64,000 nt of DNA. Source: Chiloscyllium plagiosum (lineage: Eukaryota). A program made the position numbers and the translations under genes. Positions within the stretch are counted from its first letter, which is position 1. Each line of letters begins with the position of its first letter. Where the stretch lies: positions 4,866,316 through 4,930,315 of the forward strand of contig NC_057755.1 in NCBI RefSeq assembly GCF_004010195.1. The letters are read 5' to 3'. This document shows, piece after piece, positions 12,880-25,541 of the stretch. The notes under the pieces are model-generated. The model had not been told where the DNA came from. It made no database searches and was given only the letters and a program-made list of their open reading frames with translations.

Positions 12880-13400
12880 GAGATCATGAGACTATGAAGT
12901 AGAGGAGTAAAGCTAACCCATTTGGCCCAACGAATCCTCTAGTCCAATCGATCATGGCTGAAGGGTTTCTGAACCCCATTCTTATGCCTCATCTCTGCCA
13001 CCTTTGATTCCCTTACTCATCAAGAAATGATCGCTGTCTTAAATGCACACAGTGACGGGCCCCGCAGCCTTTCTATGACAATGAGTTCCACACTTTCTGG
13101 CTGAAGACATTCTCACATCTCAGCTCTTCAAAGTTTCCCTTCCCCCTAACACTGTGTCCTCGGATTCGAGTCTCCCCTCCGAGAAACATCTTCTCCACGT
13201 CCTCTCTATCCGTGTCTCGGTGTTCTGTGGGTTTCAGACTTCCCCTCATTCATCCAAACTCCACCGAGTACAGATATATTGTCCTCAACTCCTCCTGAAA
13301 TAACAAATTATTCTTCTCCAGGATCATTTTTGTGAAATTCCTCTGAAACTCCTTTAAGACCAAGACATCCTTCCTTAGACTACATGTTCCAAAATTACTC
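12880..13400 (-). mobile_element. Decayed CR1 3' end
   Basis: Minus translation LRKDVLVLKEFQRNFTKMI...LYSVEF; CR1-type 3' UTR. Confidence 0.6.
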
Positions 13401-14194
13401 ATGATGCCTTGAGTGAGTTGTAAATGTCGCCTAATGAGAATATGAAAATAATGAGTACATGGAACTTTCACTTTTATTGTGTATATGAGCTCGTTACCTT
13501 TTCCCATAGTTCACTATGATTTCACTGTTTTGTGATTATTGCAATAATTTTCCAGTGATTGTTACTTATGAAATATATTCCCCAATTGCTGGTGATTACA
13601 TGGTCCTGAATTCAAGCTTATGTATGACTGATTGTTTTCAAAGGCCAGTTATTGGAGGAAGATGTAATATTACATCCAACCTTATCAAACACATCAATGC
13701 AAAATAACCTCAATTTAGAACCATCAGGTTAGTCCCACCATGTTCGCCTCATATAATTATTGATGCCACTGTATTTGTCCGTTATGAGCTTGAATAAATA
13801 TTTCCTCAGTATGATGCCTGTGATTAATTAATATGTACTACGATAATCTGACTGTTACAATTTAATCTGGTTGAGTTGCATTGCCTCCACAGTAAATTGC
13901 TAGCAACATTCAGCTCTCCTGTCTCGATGCTCTGAGTCCCAACCTGTGGACCACTACAAGTCCCACCTGCTTCACAGATGTGTCATGACATCTCTTAAGA
14001 GGTTGATTCGAAAAACATATGGTTGCGTTTAATTACCTGGTGTTGTCATTAAAGCCAAGTCAGATCATGTGTGGTTTTGCAGGACATGTTCAGATTTTTC
14101 TTCCAAACATAGTGTTGAGTTAAACCTGGTATTTTTTCCCGGAAGTGCACATCACGTTTATTTGTGTAATTTAATGTTGTAAAATTGTGAAACA

Positions 14195-15408
14195 AAGAGG
14201 ATTGATGAGGGCAAAGCGGTAGATATGATCTGTATAGACTTCATTAAGACATTCGACAAGGTTCCTCACAGGAGACTGGTTAGAACGTTATATCTCATAG
14301 AATACAGAGAGAACTAGCCATTTGGACACAGAACTGGCTCAAAGGGAGAAGACAGAGGGTGGTGATGGAGGGCTGCTTTTCAGACTGGAGGCCTGTGACC
14401 AGTGGAGTGCCGCAAGAATCGGTGCTGGGCCCTCTACTTTTCCTAATTTGGACAAATGATTTGGATGTGACCATAAGAGGTATAGTTAGTAAGTTTGCAG
14501 AAGACACCAACATTTGAGTTGTGTGGACAGCGAAGAAGGTTATCTCACATTACAACGTATCTTGCTCAGATGGGTCAAAGGGATGAGAAGTGGCAGATGG
14601 TGTTTAATTTAGATAAATGCGAGGTGCTGCATTTTGGGAAATCAAATCTTAGCAGGACTTTTGCACTTAATGGTAAGGTCCTCGGGAGTGTTGTTGAACA
14701 AAGAGACCTTAGAGTGCAGGTTCATAGCTCTTTGAAAGTAGAGTCGCAGGTGGATAGGATGGTGAAGAAGGATTTTGGTATGCTTTCCTTTATCGGTCAG
14801 TGTATTGATTACAGGAGTTGGAAGGTCATGCTGCAGCATTGGTTAGGCCACTGTTGGAATATTGCATGCATTCTGTTCTCCTTCCTATCGGTAAAATGTT
14901 GTGAAACTTGAAAGGGTTCAGTCAAGATTTGCAAAGATGCTGCCAGGTTTGGATGATTTGAGCTATAGGGAGAGGTTGAATAGGCTGGGGGCTGTTTTCC
15001 CTGGAGCGTTGGAGGCAGAGGGGTGATCTTATGAGGTTTATAAAATCATGAGGGGCATGGATGGGATAAATAGACAAAGCCTTTTCCCTGGGGTGGGGGA
15101 GTCCAGAACTAGAGGGGCATAGCTTGTGGGTGAGAAAGGAAAGATATAAAAGAGACCTAAGGGGCAACATCTTCACGCAGAGAGTAGCACGTGTATGGAA
15201 TGAGCTGCCAGAGGATGTGGTAGAGTCTCCCACATTTTTAACGTTTAAATGTCATCTGGATGTGTATATGAATAGGAAGTGTTTGGATGGATGTGGGCCG
15301 AGTGCTGACAAGAGAGGCTAGATTGGCTAGGGATATCTGGTCAGCATGGACAGGTTGGACCGAAGGCTCTGTTTCCATGCTGTACAACTCTCTGACTCGA
15401 TGACTCTG
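14195..15408 (+). mobile_element. CR1 LINE, RT to 3' end (in intron of gene A)
   Basis: [44 protein letters not shown]-type tail. Confidence 0.9.
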
Positions 15409-15544
15409 AATGGATATTTTGCTCTACAGGTGGACCAACAAGATAACATATTTTGTGAGAATGATATTTGTTTTCCATTAATTCTGCCATTTCAGCACTT
15501 TCATACTCTCTGAATTTTCTTCCACAGAACAGTTCATATATAAT

Positions 15545-15883
15545 CATAGAATGACAACAGTGTGGAAGCAAGCCATCGAGTCCATCGATTTCATACAAAC
15601 ATCCAGCACAGACCCATCCGTCTCCACGATCCGTATAACTTTGCACTTTCTATGCCTCATCGATATGGGCTGCACATCCCTGAACATGTGGACAATTTGG
15701 CATGGCCAATGCACACTAACCTACAAATCATTTGACCGTGGGAGGAAAATGGACCACCCTGAGGAAACCCATGTAAACATGGCGAGAATGTGCAAACATC
15801 ACACAGTCACCCGATGTTGTTATCAAAACCGGGTCTCCGGCACGGGGAGGCATTAGTGCTCACCGCTGAGCAACCATGCCACC
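15545..15883 (-). mobile_element. HE1-like V-SINE (decayed)
   Basis: Reverse complement of the tRNA head and V-domain seen at 18339-18660. Confidence 0.7.
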
Positions 15884-15925
15884 TTTGAGCCGTTTCTCAG
15901 TTTCTGTACACCCTCGTGTCGTTGT

Positions 15926-16515
15926 CAAAGAACAAAGAGCCTAACAGCACAGGAACTGACCCTTTGGCCCAAACGAGCTTCCGCCGATCCAGATCTAAAC
16001 CTGCCGCCTATTTTGTAAGGATCTGTATCCCTTTGCTCTCTGCTCAATCATGTATCTGCCGAGATAAATCTTAAATGTCGCTATAGTTCCCTCTCCAAAT
16101 TCCCCACTGGCAATGCATTCTCGGCACCTACCACTGTCTGCGTGAAGAACGTTCCACCTATATCTCTGCTGCTTTTTCTCTCTCACTTTGAACTTGTGAC
16201 CCCTAGTAATTGAATCCTCCACTCTGAGAAAACGTTTCATACTATCCACCCTGTCGAAACCTCTCATGATTTCGCAAAATTCAATCAGGTCCCCCCCCCC
16301 CCCCCCCAACTTCTTTCTTTCCAATGAACATCCTTCTAATCTACTCATCATCTCCTCAAATCTAGCACCATCCCATGACAGACAACATTCCATTGAACCT
16401 TCGGTGCACCCTCTCCAAAGCATCCGCATCCTTTTGGTAGCGAGGTGACCAGAACTGTGGCCAGTATTCCAAATGTGGCCGAACCAAAGTCTTATAAAAC
16501 TGAAACATGGCCTGC
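15926..16515 (-). mobile_element. CR1 LINE 3' fragment
   Basis: GDLIEFCEIMRGFDRVD...TRGHKFKVR. Confidence 0.8.
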
Positions 16516-17074
16516 AAAGTCAATATCCCGTCCAAAGAAGAATACCACGCCGTTCACCAGAAAGTCCTCCCTACATCAACGCTTCTATTTCTGAATATGG
16601 TTCTGAATGCTTTCTTCTTGGGGTTCTGCACTCAGCTGTTTGCAAGCAGATTTGTTTTTACAATTCAAAGTTCAAACATGGCTGTATGTTAATTTTGATG
16701 ATTGAAGTATTCAACAAACTTTTTTTTCTGATTCCCTGGAAGTCTTTCCTCCCATACGTTGATCTACTCTAAAGCTTGAATTCTCACAATGTCATTATCG
16801 TTACAAACCCATGGTAACTGAAGGATCTTGATTGGGAATAACAGCATGCTACATCGAAGCAGAAATAGGCTATCCTCAAGCCAGCTGGCTGTTCGATGAA
16901 TTCAGGGCTAACCTGTTATTTTGTGCTGGTTCCACATATCACTTAACTGCATGAAATTTCAAAAATCTAACTACCTCTTCTTCAAGTGATTTCAGCGAGC
17001 TAACTTCCAGAATTTTCAGTGTTTAGAATTCCAGGCAGTCACTAATCTCAGAGAAGCAATTCAGTTTTAGCATG

Positions 17075-17815
17075 CCCAGTAAGTTTGAGAGTGACACCAA
17101 CTTCCGTGGTGAAGTAGACAGTAAAAACGTTTTCTAAAATTACAAGGGGAACTTGAACAATTGGGCCAACAGGCCGATGAGTGGCAGATGGAATTTAATT
17201 GGGATAAACATGAAGCATTGCATTTTTCTTTACAAGGGCAGGACTTATATAGTAATGGAGGTTTCCTGGGACTTAATGTCAAACAGAAAGGCCTCATGGT
17301 TCAGGTGCACAGTTAATTGAAAGATTTGTCGCAGGTAGACAGGTTGGAAAATAAGGCATTTGGCTTCCTTGCCTTCTAGCTCACATCAATGCATGTCAGA
17401 GTTGGATTGTCATGTTGCATTTGTACTGGCCGTTTGTGAGGCTAGTTTTGGAATATTGTTTAAAATCATGCGGGGCATAGATAAGAAGAATAGCCAAGCT
17501 ATTTTGCTTATGGTCGGGGAGTCCAGGATTAGAGATCATAATTTGAAAGGAAAAGGAGAAATCTTTCGGAGGGGCCTGAGGAGCAACGTCCACAGACAGA
17601 ATGCCCTTCGTTTCTGTAGCGAACTGCAACAGGAAGTGCTGGATGCAGGTGCAGTTAATGTTAGAATGTATTTGCACAGGTGAAGGAACAGGACAGCTTT
17701 AGAGGGGTATGGGTCATGCACAGGCAAGTGGGACCAAATTAGTTTGGGGAAACTGGTTGGCAGGGACAAGTTGGGCTGAAGTGTATGTTTCCGTGATGCA
17801 TGATTTTATGATTGT
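17075..17815 (+). mobile_element. Decayed CR1 3' fragment
   Basis: ADEWQMEFN and FKIMRGIDK motifs; CR1 3' UTR. Confidence 0.7.
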
Positions 17816-18338
17816 CTGATTGAAAACAAGCATCAAATTTAAGATGAGTCGCATCAGAGAAACGTTTAATAAACACTATCTATTGCTTCATGGAGTTGTG
17901 TTTCACTAAAGAAAACAGATCTCTATAAATAAGAGCCAACGTACATTCCCAGTATTCAACTTATTTATCGCTGAAGCTTACTTTTTAGATGAAATCTTAG
18001 AGTAACTTAAACCGATCTACACTTTAATTGGAAACCACCACTTTGGCCCCTGGAGGTGGCAGCCTTAAATAGTAATGAGGAACCCATATGCTAGCGGGAT
18101 TATTGAATTGCATTTGCAGAAGTAGAATATTGGAATGTGGTTTAATAAAGCACGCATTATAAAGCTGCAACATAGCGATAAGGGTGACTGGGAAATATCA
18201 CAAGATTATGGAATACTAGCAGTCATCTATAAAGACTATCCATCACTGACCATCTAGTCACATTGTGAATTGGATTGGGAGCGTATGTAAGTAATTAATA
18301 ACATGATTGTTCTGTAATTGCTAAAGGTGGGACAAAAT

Positions 18339-18660
18339 GGCTGCACGGTGGCACAGTGGTTAGCACTGCTGCCTCACAGCGCCTGAGATCCGGGTTCAAT
18401 TCCCGCCTCAGGCGACTGACTGTGTGGAGTTTGCACATTCTCCCCCGTGTCTGCGTGGGTTTCCTCCGGGTGCTTCGGTTTCCTCCCACAGTCCAAAGAT
18501 GTGCAGGTCAGGTGAATTAGCCATGCTAAATTGCCCGTAGTATTAGGTAAGGGGGTAAATGTAGGGGTATGGGTGGGTTGCACTTCGGCGGGTCGGTGTG
18601 GACTTGTTGGGCCGAAGGGTCTGTTTCCACGCTGTAATGTAATCTAAAAATCTAATCTAA
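18339..18660 (+). mobile_element. HE1-like V-SINE (well preserved)
   Basis: Pol III A box TGGCACAGTGG, B box GGTTCAATTCC, V-domain GTGTGGAGTTTGCACATTCTCCCC...GGGTTTCCTCCGGGTGC, CR1-derived 3' end and (TCTAA)n tail. Confidence 0.9.
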
Positions 18661-18899
18661 AAATAAATGCGCAAAGGTTTATATCTTTCCTTTGTTCAGT
18701 GAAGAAGCTTCTGAACCTTCAGATGTTTCTACGCATTTGTTCGACATCAATTATCTCTTTGAAGGTAGAAGTGGAATCCGGGGATCAAGTGACTTCTTTT
18801 GTCATTCCACCCAAAAGCATTTGTTTCACGCCAAAAAAATCTTTTCAATGCAAGTTATCTTAAAATGAACTTACATATTCAAACTGAAATCTGGATTCA

Positions 18900-19330
18900 T
18901 ATTACATCATTTCTTTCATTCATACGTGGGGCATGAGCATGATTGGCTGGGCCGGCATTTTTTGCCTGTCTCTCATTGCAATTGAGAGGGTGGTGTTCAG
19001 TTTTCTTCTTGAAACGCCGCAGTCCACCTGCTGTGAGTTGACCAGAATGCTTCAAGAGAAGGAATTCCTGGATATTCACCCAGCGACTGTGAAGTAACAG
19101 CGATATATTCCTAAGTCAGGATGGTGAGTGGCTTGGAGGGAAATTTGCAGGGGATGTTGTTTCCTTGTTTGGCTACTGTCGTTCTGGGTGGAAGTCTTTG
19201 TAGATATGGAAGATGCTGTTAGTGACATTTTGCAGTGAATCCTATCGATAGCACGCAATGCACCGAATAAGTGTTATTGGGTGGAGGAAGTGGATGATTT
19301 TGTGGATGTAGTGTCAGTCAGGCAGGCTGC
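18900..19330 (-). mobile_element. Decayed LINE 3' end (CR1/L2-group)
   Basis: Inverted homolog of 62400-62886. Confidence 0.5.
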
Positions 19331-19985
19331 AAACACACCTTCCAAATATTGGATTATTTTTCTGACAAAGGACCACATCTACTAAATTCAATAATGATTC
19401 TCACATGCTCCTATACATCCTCATCCCCCTGGCTCTTTCGCACTCCATTTGCAGCTCCTGCAGATTTGTGATAAGCATAAGGGAGAAAGCATGGACGCTA
19501 GTAAGTGACAGGGCCAGTCCAGTAACCTAAACCTCATATTGGACCATTTGATTTCCCCTTCCAAACAAAAATTATCCTAGCAGTTCACGTGCTCAGTTTC
19601 TGCCTGGGTGAATTGATGTAAAATACCTTGTCCTTATTCCCACTTTAATTTGTTTTGCTTTTCTCCATGTTACCAGTTTGATAAGCGTGGAAAAGGTTAT
19701 TAAACGTTTGTTGAAACTGTCAGCATCACATACTTGCATTAAAATATTGCATTCATTATAATTTTCATTCCTCGCTGATTGATTTAGTCTTTGTCCATTG
19801 GTTAAAAGCTCATCTTTCTTCTCCCCTGGAGTTTGCTTGAATCCATAATTCCATTGTATTTTTTCACCATGAATGGTGTAATATGAACCTGAGTCAACTG
19901 GTGTGATTTAGATGACCAGTTAACCTATTGTTTTTGCTATGACTATAATCATGCGGAGGTGCATCTCTCTTTATTTTTCTTACAG

Positions 19986-20890
19986 TTAACGTAGTGGCAA
20001 TTGTGATTCTGAATCGAGGCAGGTGTGGACTCTCTCGGTGCATCACTCGCTATTTGTTAGCAATGTCAACAGCAGATCTACTTCTCGTCATCCTTAATGT
20101 CTTACTGAACCGAATTAACAATCTTTATTTCCCAGTTACTTTCTTATCCATTACTTCAGTGTGCGCTGTGAGAGTTGTTCTATTCCTCGCAGCACTGGAC
20201 TGTTCAGTTTGGTTCACAGTTGCTTTCACATGTGATCGGTTTGTAGCAATTTGTTGCCAGAAACTCAGATCAAGATACTGCAATAAGAGAACTGCATTTG
20301 TGGTCATAATAACTGTGAGCGTGGTGAGCTGTTTGCGCTCAATTATTTGGTACTTTGTATTTATTCCTTCGTTTGTTATTGACAATATACCATGGTTTTG
20401 TATCGCAATACCAAGCTATTACACATCATTATTTTGGAAAGTGTATGAATGGGTTGACAGTATAATTACGCCGTTGCTTCCAATCGTACTCATTTTGATA
20501 TTCAATGCTCTGACTGTCAGACATATTATAATATCCAACCGGATCCGCTGTCGCCTTCAGATCCAGGGAAATAGACAGAATAATACTGACTCAGAGGTGG
20601 TAAACCGGAGAAAATCCATCATCTTGCTCTTTGCATTGTCTGCTAATTTTATAGCGTTGTGGATGACCTATGTCATACGTGCTCTAATATGGCAAGAAAC
20701 AAACTATAATTATGAAGACAAGACTTCAAACGACCCAATATTTACCTTTCAAGAAATTGGATTCATGCTCCGGCTTGTGAATTCGTGCACCAACACCTGT
20801 ATTTACGCTCTAACACAAACAAAATTCAGGAAGGAGTTAGTCAATGGCATAAAATACCCGTTTATTCGAAATGTTAAGCTATGCAAATAA
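19986..20890 (+). CDS. GPR139/GPR142-like orphan class A GPCR copy A, coding exon 2 (spliced protein 324 aa)
   Basis: Acceptor TTATTTTTCTTACAG| ending 19985; G+TT=Val then N1.50; TADLL (D2.50), TM3 Cys, DRF, PWFC, LPIVLILIFNALTVRHI, CTNTCIY, KFRKEL; uninterrupted frame with 7 hydrophobic segments. Confidence 0.9.
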
Positions 20891-21894
20891 GCATACTGGT
20901 CTGACCTCTATTTGAAGACATACTTCTAGTCAAAAATCAGGATCTCCTTTTTGAAAGAGCTTTTGGAAAATCTCTGGTTTCACTAGCTGAAAAGAAATTC
21001 ATGTCCTAAGAATTTGAAAGAACATTTCCAGTTCCTTAACTTGTAAATAATTCACCCGATGGAAAAGATATGAATTGAAATTAGCATAATTTCTCAAGTA
21101 AATTGTGCCTTTCTAAAGCATGTTGCTGCTCAAACGGCCGTGTCATTGCTTTTGTGCTTTATGTTAACACCCTTCCTAATTTCTATAATTTTGAATTTTC
21201 TGATTAATAAGTTTCTGTTCTTCTGCTGAAAGGGCAGTGGCAGCCTCATGTGAATATATTTACTGACCAAATACAAAGATTAAATGTAAAATCTTCCCAA
21301 CTGCTGTCGCTGAGGAATCTGACATGACAACAGCTGTGACCAAAATACACAACGTTCAGAAGTATTTTCCACAATACACAGTCTCTGGCATTGCTTCATA
21401 ATAAAAAAAACCCACTTGAGTGGTCGTTCATGTTGTTGTACACCATATCCCACAATCCATTCTTGAATCTGCCTCATTGTCAACACATCTGAAACTTCTT
21501 CCTTGGGTGTGCCTTGCATGCTCCTTTTCAGCTGTTATAGAATACCATTTGAGTTTTCAGCTCCTATATGTAGTTGTGAGTCGTGCGCATTAAATGCGAG
21601 GCACATTGGATAATGACCTACTTCAGCATGTCAGAACAGTTTCCCGAACATTGAAACTGAACACCAAAAATCACCGTGAAAGAAATTCTGTGGACTGACA
21701 CTAATGATGAAGAACATTCTTGACCACTGTGAACGAAATCTTTTACGAGCCAGGATTTGCAGAGGTAAATGGAGACAAAATGCGCGATCTGCTTTGATCA
21801 AACGATGAGCCCATGGTAAACACGGCGACTTACACCCTACGTCTTTGAAATAAACCCTTTGTTGACCGAAATGGAAATGAGCGTCAAGTGGTTG

Positions 21895-22460
21895 CGTTAG
21901 TATTGTGAGCAACGTTGGGCCCCATACCTCGGGAAATATGTATTGGCCCTGGAGCGGGTCCAGAGGAGGTTCACGAGAATGATCCCAGGAGTGAAAAGGC
22001 TTAACAAATGAGGAACGTTTGATGACTCTGGAACCATACTCGGTGGACTCGAGAAGGATGGTGGAGGTGGTGGGACTGGGTGGGGGGTCTGACTGAAGCA
22101 TTCAGAATACCGAACAGTCTGTATGGAGTGGATGTTGGGGAGATATTTCCATTGTCAGAGAGATGACAACCTGAGGGCACAGCCTGACCTGAATGGGAAG
22201 ACATTTTAGAACGGATATAAGGATAAACTACATCAGACAAACAGTGGTAATTGTGTGGAATTTATCACCACAGAAGGCGGTGGAGACCACGTTATCGAGT
22301 ATATTTAAAACAGAAGTGAATAATTTTGTGATTGCCAAGGGGATCAAAAGCTGGGAAATAGTGGGAAAATGGGTTAGAAAAACCTGTCAATGATGAGTGA
22401 ATGGTGGAGCGGACTCGATGGACGAATGACCAAATTTCTGCTCCTATCACTCAGGGTATT
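21895..22460 (+). mobile_element. Decayed CR1 3' end
   Basis: LERVQRRFTRMIPG and VWNLSPQKAVE motifs. Confidence 0.75.
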
Positions 22461-22739
22461 CTGGTTTTAAGTCATTCCTCTCAAACAAGGAATGCATGAC
22501 GCTTCATGGGAATATTGCATAGATGGTCTATAACACAATAAGGCAATAATAACTGAGGCTGTCCGTGTCCTCAAACCGATCCCACAATTCAATAGGATCA
22601 TGTCGGGTCTGACAGCTCATGCATCCACTTTCCTACAGATTCCCAAAAGACTAAATTCCTCGACTGTTCAAAAATGTGTTTCTCTCAGCCTTAAACATCC
22701 AAGAGGACCCCATGCAGCTTTTTTCCCCTGCAATAGGGA

Positions 22740-23040
22740 GTTATAGAGTTATAGAGTCATACAGATGTACAGCACAGAAACAGACCCTTCGGCCCAACCC
22801 TCCATGCCGACCAGATATCCCAACCCAATCTAGTCTCACCTGCCAGCACCCGGCCCATACCTATCCATGCCCCTCATAATTTTGTAAACCTCTATAAGGT
22901 CACCCCTCAGTCTCCGACCCTCCAGGGAAAACCATCCCAGCCTGTTCAGCCTCTCCCTGTAGCTCAAATCCTCCAATCCTGGCAACATCCTTGTAAATCT
23001 TTTCTGAACCCTTTCAAGTTTAACAACATCTTTGCAATAG
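22740..23040 (-). mobile_element. CR1 3' fragments (internally deleted)
   Basis: (ATAGAGT)n tail; inverted homolog of about 14900-15400. Confidence 0.7.
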
Positions 23041-23265
23041 GTTGCATCCTTTCATATATTTTGAAACCTTTTATATCCTTTCACAACATTGATAGGGAAG
23101 AAATCCCTCCTCTTCCCAATCTTCTTTTCATTTTCCTTAACCAGCTTGGCTGCTGGGGTACAACTCCAATAGCACCCAAGAAGATTAACACATTCCAGGA
23201 CAAAGCAGCTCCCGCTTGATAGGCACCACACCCAGAAACATCTATTCCTTTCACCACTGAAAGGA

Positions 23266-24000
23266 CTACGAGCCCTACGGGTGTAGGGCTACGAGGGAGA
23301 GAGGGTCGTGTCGTTTTGTGGCTAGCTGGTGTTCGTGTATCTAACCACCTTACCATACATCAAATAAGTTTCAGAAATGACAGTCAGACTACTAAAACCC
23401 TCGGAATCCCAGTAGCACACAAACCCACCAACACTCGCAAACAAAAACTAACAAACTTAAATGACCCAGTACATCCCATGGACAAAACCAACGTCATCTA
23501 CAAAATTCTATGCAAGGACTGCCACAAACCCTACATAGGGCAAACAGGAAGAAAGTTAGCCACCAGGATACACGAACACCAGCTAGCCACAAAAAGACAC
23601 GACCCTCTCTCCCTCGTAGCCCTACACAAGGATACAAAAGCCACCATTTCGACTGGGACAACACATCTATCCTGGGACAGCCTAAGCAAAGACATGCCAG
23701 AGAATTCCTAAAGGCCTGGCACTCCAACCACAACGCCATAAACAAACACATGGATCTAGATACCATCTATCAACCCCTCAGAAAACGAACAGGAAATTAC
23801 ATCACCACAAACCCTAGGAACCCCATCCAAGAGAAAGATACAAACAGAAAGCAGGAGACAACAGCTTCGCTTCACTTGGAGGTCGCCACTGATGGTGTTA
23901 CCGAGCCAGGTAATGAAACATCTGGATATCAAACCTACAGCTCAGCGAGCAAACCTACATCCTAAACCTCAACCTGAGCTACAAACCTTCACAAACCTTG
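23266..24000 (+). mobile_element. Penelope-like element 3' part (GIY-YIG endonuclease + terminal repeat) with inverted 5' segment
   Basis: NVIYKILCKDCHKPYIGQTGRKLATRIHEH; decayed hammerhead at 23886-23925; 23281-23341 is an inverted copy of 23567-23627. Confidence 0.88.
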
Positions 24001-24329
24001 CATTTGAATAATCTGCAATAAGCACGAACATTGAGCCCCTGAAAGGCCCGGCATCATCAATGTGTAAACGAGGCCAGTGTTTAACTTTGGTTGAGTCAAT
24101 CGCTCTTGCTCCCAATAATGAAATGCCGTTCTCTTCAGTTTTGGATTAGATTAGATTAGATTACTGATTGGGCATTTATCAACTGTGAGAAGCCATTTTT
24201 TGTATGTTTAAAATCCACATGAAGGCAAAACGTCGAATCAGACTTTACAAACAGTAGGACCGGAGCAGTTCATTCTGTAAACTGGATTTGTTTGATGATT
24301 TCTTTACTTTACAACCTCCTGATGTTTAC

Positions 24330-25541
24330 CTCTGCTTTGTCTGTAAGGGAAATAGCATTAGGCTGGTGTTACAGAACCGTGGAATTGCCTCCTGGGCAAC
24401 GTGCAAGGTGACCTTGGTTCCCTTGATAATCCCTCGACCTTGTTGAAAGATTTCCGGGTATTTCATTAGGACTTCACTCAGGCAACCATTTACAAATCAA
24501 AAAAAATGTGGAGCCAATCAAAGTGATTCGTTCTCAAGCAATTCCGTCCCCATCAGCCTTGGGCCTGAGTCTTTCACCACAGTCACTGGTAACTGAACGA
24601 GTTGATTCTCATGCAAATTTGAATCCGAAATTTGCCCTTAATCTGTAAAGGTACCCTGGCATAGATTCTCAGTGTTGCCAAGGTCTCACACACAACTAAG
24701 GGTTGGAGGTCAGTGCGCATTTTGTTAAAGACTGTCTCTGTGTCACTGACAAAGCCGATCTGGTATAAACCTCAATTAAAACGGAGTGACCATTTAACCA
24801 GATGCTTATTTTGTGTGATTCTGATTTGGATGTTCCAAAGCACATTATTTGTTCCAAGTCAAATGTAGCTGGGCTTTCCAGCGCGGCCAATCTCCAGGGT
24901 ACCGCCCTATGAATTTTCTAACTTAATACAGGCCCGGTGGGAGTATTTTGCTGTCTCAAGTCAGCAGACTGGATGCAATTACTGTGGCTTGCCTGCCCTT
25001 GATACTGAAGAAAATGTGACCTGTTTGGCCGAGGTTTGATTTTGCATTGGGATTTTTCTCTGGTCTGACCTGGACTCCCACTGTTCAGGATCTCTCCTCA
25101 GTGATGCTATGCAATTGCCTTCACTAAACTGGTGTTCCCCAAATGAAATTGGCCAGCCGTAAGTGTCCAATTCCATCGATATACCCTGCAAACCATGCAC
25201 TCCACTTGACACATTTCGGAAGGCAAAGCTAAGTAAAGTGTTTGTTTGAAGTGCAAATGGACTTCAGCTGGTAGGCGATTTTGCATGGTTAGATCATTAT
25301 TCCCATTATTGGCTCGATTGACATAACTCCACAGAGGCCGGTATCCCATCACCAAATAACCCTTTATTTACACCTGCATAGTAAGTGACACTGATCCAGC
25401 ACCCCGAGAGCCATCTTTCAGAGAGAACAGATCCCCTGACTCTCCTGTTTAGATACGTCTGGCAGGCCTTCCTGATTGGACTAGCTTAACAGCCCCAGTT
25501 GAGGAACTCATATTCTTTAAAGTCCACCTTACAATCGCTAC
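24330..25541 (-). mobile_element. Old Gypsy remnant (5' LTR + gag/protease), copy in duplication unit B
   Basis: Protease-like IWLNGHSVLIEVYTRSALSV; LTR with AATAAA and CCTGATTGG; homologous to units A and C. Confidence 0.65.
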
